DNA of 63,808 bases, filler included, from Paramecium tetraurelia (taxonomy: Eukaryota), in NCBI GenBank assembly GCA_000165425.1. It is 6 parts of 5 records of this genome, joined end to end, with 100 filler letters (N's around TTAATTAATTAA, not from the genome) between each part and the next. Parts side by side here need not be neighbours in the genome. Positions count along the whole stretch, not along the records: positions 43,411 to 62,687 come from CT868100.1; positions 62,788 to 63,808 come from CT868139.1; 4 more parts are not named here. One strand, written 5' to 3'. The position numbers and the translations under genes were made by a program. This document shows positions 57,979-63,808 of the stretch, in pieces; position 1 is the first letter of the stretch, and each line of letters begins with the position of its first letter. The notes under the pieces were generated by a model. The model had not been told where the DNA came from. It did no database searches and saw only the letters and a program-made list of their open reading frames with translations.

Positions 57979-60330
57979 TTGAAAATTTTCATTTTATCAT
58001 TAAATATTAATTCTTATAAAAATGATTAGAATTTTATTGTTCCTGTTTAAATAGATAAATAAGATAATATTTAGAGCCTCATCTTTGTAAACTAATTCTT
58101 ATTTTATCCGAAGTTCTATTTTAATCGTTAATTTATAATCTAAAGTTGTAACAGTTACTAAGATTATTTAATATATATATAATTTTAATAAATTAATGAT
58201 GTATAACTTTTATCATTATTGCAAAGTGGAGTACTTTCTTTATATATAATCTCTTAATTTTCAACCTCATCAACTAACTACTCTAATTGTAGAAGTTCAG
58301 CTGCAAATAAAAATTCACAATGATTTACCTTAATTATCAAATATAGCGAGAAAATTAAAAATGAGTAGAATGGTTCAATTGGTTTCCTAATATTAAAATT
58401 CTATATTTAATTTAATAAATAAAATAGGAAAATAATAATTTATAAATCACAAGCTAAATAAATAAAATTTATTTATTAAAACAATGATGCATGAATTAAA
58501 GTATTTATTTTCAATGAATAAATTATTGATATATGTAATCTTTATTGTTCATAAAATTGAAACTATAAGAAAGAAATATGAGCTTTATATATTTGAGATA
58601 AGAAAAAATATTACTTTTTGATTAAAAAGTGGAATAGAATATATTGCATGTTACATATTCATCAGTTTNNNNNNNNNNNNNNNNNNNNNNNNNNNNNNNN
58701 NNNNNNNNNNNNNNNNNNNNNNNNNNNNNNNNNNNNNNNNNNNNNNNNNNNNNNNNNNNNNNNNNNNNNNNNNNNNNNNNNNNNNNNNNNNNNNNNNNNN
58801 NNNNNNNNNNNNNNNNNNNNNNNNNNNNNNNNNNNNNNNNNNNNNNNNNNNNNNNNNNNNNNNNNNNNNNNNNNNNNNNNNNNNNNNNNNNNNNNNNNNN
58901 NNNNNNNNNNNNNNNNNNNNNNNNNNNNNNNNNNNNNNNNNNNNNNNNNNNNNNNNNNNNNNNNNNNNNNNNNNNNNNNNNNNNNNNNNNNNNNNNNNNN
59001 NNNNNNNNNNNNNNNNNNNNNNNNNNNNNNNNNNNNNNNNNNNNNNNNNNNNNNNNNNNNNNNNNNNNNNNNNNNNNNNNNNNNNNNNNNNNNNNNNNNN
59101 NNNNNNNNNNNNNNNNNNNNNNNNNNNNNNNNNNNNNNNNNNNNNNNNNNNNNNNNNNNNNNNNNNNNNNNNNNNNNNNNNNNNNNNNNNNNNNNNNNNN
59201 NNNNNNNNNNNNNNNNNNNNNNNNNNAAAAGCAATACTTTTTTATGTTTTTAACAATTAAAGACTTATTTCTTATTCTATTTAGAAATAAAGAGAAGTTT
59301 TTAATCACTTTTTCATCACTACCTTAAGGTTTCTCCCTTTGAATTTCACTAAAGTTTCCACAATTAGTTTATTTTCCTTAAAAATGTAAGAAGCTTTAAA
59401 TCTCATAATACCTACTATAAGAAAAAGTTAAATCATGATTCAAAGCAAATACATGCTTCAGATTATTTAAATATATTTCTGGGTTGTAAATCTCGGAGAG
59501 ATGGAGTTTTTTCTTTATTTTTTTATTTATAAATAATGTAAATTACAAAAAATAAAAATTTGTTTTACTCAATTTCATTTATAAATTATGAAGATTATAT
59601 TAAATAACTTGAGTGAATCAATCATAATAGATCAATTAATTTCATAATTGATTGCTCTTCAATAAATTTCCTAGACCGAAAAATATAAACTCAAGAGAAT
59701 TAGAAATTTTAAAACTTGTTATTCATTATTTAATGCTTTTTATAAGCTATTAATAACTATTTTTCCTGCCTTTGGATGATTTCTATAATTTTGATTGATG
59801 AAAAATTCCAAATTAAAAAACAACAGAAATTTGCAAGAATTATCTATTTAAGTTTATATTAAAACGGCAGTTTATAAGTTAAATTAACTCAACGAATACA
59901 AAAAATCAAGTTTTTATATTTATAATAAATGAGTAGGTAAGCAAATACTAAAATAAAATTTAGACATAAGATCAAGAAGAAATAGATCTAATCTGAATAT
60001 AGTGGAATTACTAAATTTGTTAATTCAAAAATATTGATAAATATCTTTAATCAGTTTTTCAAATTTAATGAATTTACATTTACTTAGAGACATAAGTAGC
60101 AAAATAAATAAATAGATTATTCAATCTTAGATAACGGCTTATTTTCCCAAAACGCTTCAGAATAATTAAGGTTGTTATTCTCCAGGATTCTTTCAGCTTG
60201 TTTTCTTTTAAATGATTTCAAATCAAATCTAAACCATTTATTAGTTTAAATTTAATTACCCAAAATAAGATATTTTCAATTAGGAAATTCAAATATTCGT
60301 TTAATTAAGTTGTATTTTATATTAAATAAA

Positions 60331-62687
60331 ATGATACACTAAGTTTTGTAAAATAATTTTCCACAACAGATATAAGTTACTAAGGAATTTTAAGAAGAGG
60401 GTGGCTTAATACCTAATGAGAATGATGATTATATGTTAATATAAAAGAAGTTTTAGTTCAAACTGTCTGATAACAATGAAATTCTTTATGCAGTTGATGG
60501 AAGAATAATTAGAATGTAAATAAAACTTTAATTAAAGTGATTCCAATGGGGCCCAATAAATAATGACGAATTTAGAATAAATTAACCATCTACATTGGAA
60601 TGGCAAGTGGGACTAGAATTTCAAAAAAATAGGAAATTGGACTGCTTAATGGAAAGACGATTATGAGGGAGTAGGAGGATTCTACAATGAAAATGGCAAT
60701 AAACAAGGGATTTGGAAAGAGATGATAATTAACTTTTGGGAGTAATTATACATGAAATGATTTACAAGCTAAGCAAAAGTGTATGAGATAGGTGAATATG
60801 TAAATGGAATTAGATAAGGTGCTTGGATCTATGTGTTCGAAAACAAAAAAGATGTAAAGATTTTGTTTTCATTTAGTGGAGGAGGAATTTATAAGGAAAA
60901 TGGATTAAAAAATGGTAGGGTGGTTAGAACTTCGTGAACGATTTTAAAAGTATTATTAAATTAAATCATTTTGGGTTAGCTCTAGATAAATCATTTATGA
61001 AGGGGTATTATTCAAATGGTAAAAAAGTGTGGAGCATGGAATTTCATATATAGAAGGGGAAAGGAAATCATGAAATTCACAAAGATGTAAAAAATTTTAT
61101 TGAGCATCTATTTAGAGGAGGAAGGAATAATTCAAAGAGAGTTTAGAAGGATGGCGATTGGTATAGAATTAAGGTGATTACTTTAGCAAGTTCTTATTTT
61201 ATTTATAAATTATTAGTCTGAGTCAAGTCATTTATGAAGGTAAATATAAATTTGGAAAAAAATATGGAAGATGGAATACTTAGTAACGGTTCTCAGAGGA
61301 GTCAAAGTTTTAATAACTGTATGTTATATATAAACCAATAAAGTGGCGGGGGAAAAAAAATTTTAACGATAATGGAATGAAATAAGGCAACCGGGTTGAG
61401 CTATGCAGTTACTTTTAGAGGTAGACTCAATTGATTTAGAAAATATTATAGCTACATTTAAATTACCTACAGTGGAGATTATCAAGATGGTTTGAAAATT
61501 GGTAAGTGGACTACTATGTTTAGAGAATATAGTGGGGACAAATTTAGAGAAATGTAAATATTTATTGCTTTATTATTTTAGTGGCGGTGGGTCTTATGAT
61601 CTTAAAGGTGTGTAAAATGGTGGTTTGGATAGAATTATGTGATAGATTTTACAGGTGTTTATTTATCAATAATTTAAATAGGGATTATTAACTTATATTT
61701 TAAGGAGAATATCAGAATGGCTTAAAGTCAGGATTGTGGACCTCATAATTTAGATCGAGAATTAATGATGAATATGAAAGGATGTAATGATTATAACTTT
61801 TATAAAGTGGTGGAGGATAATATGATTTGCATGGAAGGAAAGAAGGTACATGGGTAGAGTTAGATGATTGCTTAAGTAGGTAGCTTATTTTAAGTTTTAA
61901 TCAAAGAACTGTTTAAGTTATTTGTAAAGGTGAATATAAAAATAATAAAAAATATGGTAAATGGAGTACTAAATTCGAAGGAGAAATTATGTATCTAATA
62001 ATATGCTGATAAAATAATTAGAGGAGGTGGTTTTTATAATTTAGAAGGAATGAAGGAAGGAAATTGGGTTGATTTGAGAGATAGGTTTTCGAGGTATATT
62101 TATGAATAATTATGATATCATTTATTCAGATATAATAACACCATTTATCAAGGTGAATACAAACAAGGTAGAAGAAGTGGTAAATGGACGATTGTGTAAA
62201 TAGAAGAAACCAAATATGATGGTGAAACCTTTTAAAATAGGATTTAAATGTAAGAAACCAAAATAAAAATTAGTGGAGGTGGTTATTTTGATAATCATGG
62301 ATTAAAGTAAATGGGAAGAATTGAGTAGCGATTATTATTTGTATTAATATTTAGTTAATATAATTACAAAGCGACAAGCAAGTTATATTCACTGGTCAAT
62401 ATTAAAAAGGTACAAAAAGAGGTATTTGGAATACTCTGTGGAAGGAGAGTTCTTTGTACCTTTCAAATTGGTGTAATGATTTGAATAAGAAATTAATTAT
62501 AGAGGTTTCGGATTATTTGATGAAATTGGAATGAGAAATGGTAAATGGCTTGAATTAGGTGATGATTTTAGAAAGTATTCCTAAAGATTTATGAATAGTG
62601 GAAAATAACTCATTTAAAGTGGAGATTACAAAAATGGTTAGAAAAATGGTGAATGGGTCATAATGCTTATGGCTGGGAAGGGACGCA
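60331..62687 (+). CDS. MORN-like (G.Y..G.K.G.W) tandem-repeat protein of a Paramecium-expanded family, intron-dense, frameshifted and truncated by the scaffold end
   Basis: MIHQVLQNNFPQ...EILYAVDGRIIRI, IMTNLEQINHLHWNGKW, then repeated GGG.Y.ENG.K.G.W.EL...F / Q.IY.GEY.NG.K.G.W units. About 18 introns (e.g. 60516-60537, 60742-60768, 60854-60876). Extra bases at 60845-60850 and 60918-60920 shift the frame. An alternative start at 59929 is possible. Confidence 0.82.
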
Positions 62688-62787
62688 NNNNNNNNNNNNN
62701 NNNNNNNNNNNNNNNNNNNNNNNNNNNNNNNTTAATTAATTAANNNNNNNNNNNNNNNNNNNNNNNNNNNNNNNNNNNNNNNNNNNN
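62688..62787. other. Artificial scaffold linker
   Basis: 44 N + TTAATTAATTAA + 44 N. Confidence 0.97.
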
Positions 62788-63017
62788 CTTGGTGGGAAGC
62801 CAGAGATAGGTATGGGTTTTGGCGGCACAATATTTCTTTTCATATCATACTTTAATCTTCTCTTATTCTCTCTCACTCTACACTTACCCCTTCGCCTAGT
62901 TAGCAAGCAATAAAGAGGGAGGTGTTTATAAGGTCTTCCTCTAGGAGAGCCGGGATTCGTTGCCTTCGCGTATCAAATGATAAGATGGCTATTTCAGAGG
63001 GGGCGCAAAAACCAAAA
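62788..63017 (+). other. GC-rich structured island abutting a 5'-truncated WD40 gene, possibly a retroelement end
   Basis: A pyrimidine tract, then an outer stem CCCCTTC/GAGGGGG and an inner stem AGAGGGAG/CTTCCTCT (G-U pairs on the + strand), followed by aaaaaccaaaa. Confidence 0.45.
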
Positions 63018-63029
63018 TTAAGATTAATA

Positions 63030-63808
63030 TTATTTAAAAAAAAAGAGAAAGAGTTATTAGATAGAGGAAAACAATAATTTGTATAGGGTTTTGGCTTCAT
63101 TTAAAGATTTTGATGAATCAATCTACAATTCCTTAATTAAAATATTCAAAAGTGAGAAAATTTAAGACTGTATAGAATTTCTCTCTCAAAATAAAAATCA
63201 ATAGCAAATAGGAATAGACATGTTATAAGTTGAAAATTTACCATTTGTTAACAGGGATGAAATACTAAATGTTGGAAAAATTAAGATTGAAAAAATATTG
63301 TGTTTTCTCAAAATAATTAAGGATCATGATTTTAATAAATTGAACTACTCAACATAAGAATAAAAAGAAATAAAATAAGACCTAATTACTAAGATATTAA
63401 ATGATGAGAAAATTATAGAATTATTAAAATTTATAGTTCGTCTTACTGCTATTGATGATAGATATATTTAGAGTGGATCAAATTCTCTTAATTTATTAGT
63501 TGAATTGAAAGTTGATTTAAGTGAACAATCATTTGAAAATATAAAAATTAAAAATACATCAATATAAAATGGTAATTTTGTAAAATGCGATTTGAATGGA
63601 ACTGAATTTGATAATGTCAATATTAGTGGAATAAATTTAAAGTTAGCAAAATTATTTAATTGTAAATGGAAAAATTTAAGAATAGATAAGTTATTCAAAT
63701 TGTGCGGTCATAATTAAAGTGTCAATGATATAATATTTTCTTCAGATGGTAAGTTATTAGTTTCTTGCAGTGGTGATAAATCCATCTGTTTGTGGAATGT
63801 GAAACTTT
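63030..63808 (+). CDS. Pentapeptide-repeat + WD40 protein, paralog of 15096-18348 (partial)
   Basis: Code-6 frame QIEENNNLYRVLASFKDFDESIY...[71 protein letters not shown]...GHNQSVNDIIFSSDGKLLVSCSGDKSICLWNVK runs off the window. No ATG precedes the homologous N-terminal segment. Confidence 0.88.

Noticed and set aside
1296..59327. ORF-track entries composed mostly of X, and short standard-code ORFs
   Set aside because: They are artefacts of N gaps and of the wrong genetic code. The cluster at 32-37 kb consists of shadow frames of the Cys-rich gene.

Overview
Very AT-rich ciliate DNA, most likely Paramecium (P. tetraurelia-like). Genes read through only with genetic code 6 (TAA/TAG = Gln, TGA = stop) and carry 22-36 nt GT..AG introns, so the supplied standard-code ORF track is largely uninformative. 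The window is not one locus. Five identical 100-bp linkers (44 N + TTAATTAATTAA + 44 N) join six unrelated small scaffolds, which also contain internal N gaps. Recognisable genes belong to Paramecium-expanded families: two pentapeptide+WD40 genes, a WD40 propeller, a very large furin-like Cys-rich surface protein, a type I membrane glycoprotein and an intron-dense MORN-like repeat gene. Most carry frameshifts or stops. The rest is decayed surface-antigen-like pseudogenes, degenerate non-LTR retrotransposon (APE/RT) fragments, dispersed paralogous relics and two unexplained GC-rich structured islands. This pattern fits germline-like or partially eliminated DNA. I found no convincing new biological system. 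The best leads are the GC-rich islands, the WD40 array with a 756-bp higher-order duplication, and the repeat gene with two phased introns per unit. All family calls come from hand translation and motif recognition, not database searches.
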